DNA of 64,000 nucleotides from Tricharina praecox (Eukaryota): NCBI RefSeq assembly GCF_024521635.1, contig NW_026250405.1, positions 1,364,001 to 1,428,000 of the forward strand, read 5' to 3'. Shown piece by piece: positions 63,015 to 64,000 of this stretch (position 1 is its first letter; each line of letters starts with the position of its first letter). The notes under the pieces were generated by a model. It saw only the letters and a program-made list of their open reading frames with translations, ran no database searches and was not told where the DNA came from. The position numbers and the translations under genes were made by a program.

Positions 63015-64000
63015 CCGCCGGCACATAGCCGCCGCGCCCCATCCAGCCACTCCCCCCCTCGCCGCCATGGATGGCGTTTACATTTCGCCTGTTTATAGAC
63101 TTTCCAATCGTATATACACCGCATTTCAGTTCTTATTTTCCCCCTGGTGACGGGATTACGATATTTATGATTCTTATTTCAACCAGCTTTTGTTTTACCA
63201 TTTGATGCTTTTACCCTACGGGGTCAAGCGGTGTTGTCTACTTTTGGGTTCCCTATTTCCTTGCAAGTCTGTATCGGTTCCTTTTCGACCGTTCTTTCCT
63301 TCTCGAAGTGGCGCATATCGGTTCAGGGTTTTTGTCTTTGTCTTTCGATTTCATTCCTTTTCCTTTCCTTTCCTTTCACGAAACGACTTTCTTTAACTTT
63401 TAAGGATATTCGTTTAACGGCTTCGGCTTTTGTTTTCCTTGTTGGTTGGTCGTTGGTCTGTTTTTTTTTTATTTTTGGGGTTTTTTTTTTGTTTTCGTAC
63501 CCCGGCCCCCGGGAGGACACCGACCGACCGACCGGACCGGTCACACAAAAAAGGGAATGGATTGGATTGGATTGGATGGATATATCACACTCATATTATA
63601 GAAGTTTTTTTCCGGTGTTTTTTTTCCTTTTCCTTTTCTTTGAAAGCCTTCTGAGAGTACAGTTTTTTATTTGTTTTTCGCCCATACCCTCGACTGAGCA
63701 GTTCTACTCTAAAAAAGGGACGGGGACGGATATGGACAGGATAGGGACAGGACCGGACAGGAGATCGAAATACCAGATACCAATTTTATTTTCGTTTTTT
63801 TCGTTTTTGTTTCTTTTTTTCGTTTGCTTTTTTGGCTCTGTTTGGTTACTTTTCCGGCGTTTCGAATGGAACTGGAGCTCGGGAGCTGGATGGTGCTGGG
63901 CGGTGGAGTGGATTGGAAGTGCAAACTGGACTGGACTTGGATACTTTGGATACTATAATGTTGGTCTTAAAGAAATAATTGCTTGTTCAACTCATTCAAC

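Overview
Intron-rich, GC-balanced genomic DNA from a filamentous ascomycete fungus (short GT..AG introns with CTRAY branch points; a Pezizomycete origin is my guess, not demonstrated). About 20 protein-coding loci can be modelled. Housekeeping or conserved genes: RPS20/uS10, a Ctr copper transporter, a mitochondrial PPR protein, Cwf18, a ZCCHC10-like zinc knuckle protein, an R3H-SUZ protein, a tyrosinase, a YFH7-like P-loop kinase, an Aco2/AcoB-type aconitase, an APC amino-acid permease, Rtt106, a DJ-1/Hsp31-like protein and exosome subunit Rrp43. These are interspersed with orphan genes, transposon relics (LINE 3' end, a TA-flanked MITE, a possible PIF/Harbinger end) and many satellites. The most striking locus is a head-to-head pair at 1.9-7.7 kb. 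One gene is a ~1325-aa helical-repeat/CHAT (caspase-clan) protease with an intact His/Cys dyad and an N-myristoylation signal. The other is a ~367-aa beta-rich protein carrying a long amphipathic Ser/Thr-rich beta-hairpin of the type seen in pore-forming proteins, but without motifs I recognise from fungal gasdermins. This is a candidate protease-activated, non-gasdermin cell-death/immunity module. A second notable candidate is an intron-containing gene whose N-terminus resembles a retrotransposon Gag capsid domain (49.1-50.1 kb). All calls come from reading the sequence by eye; no database searches were run.
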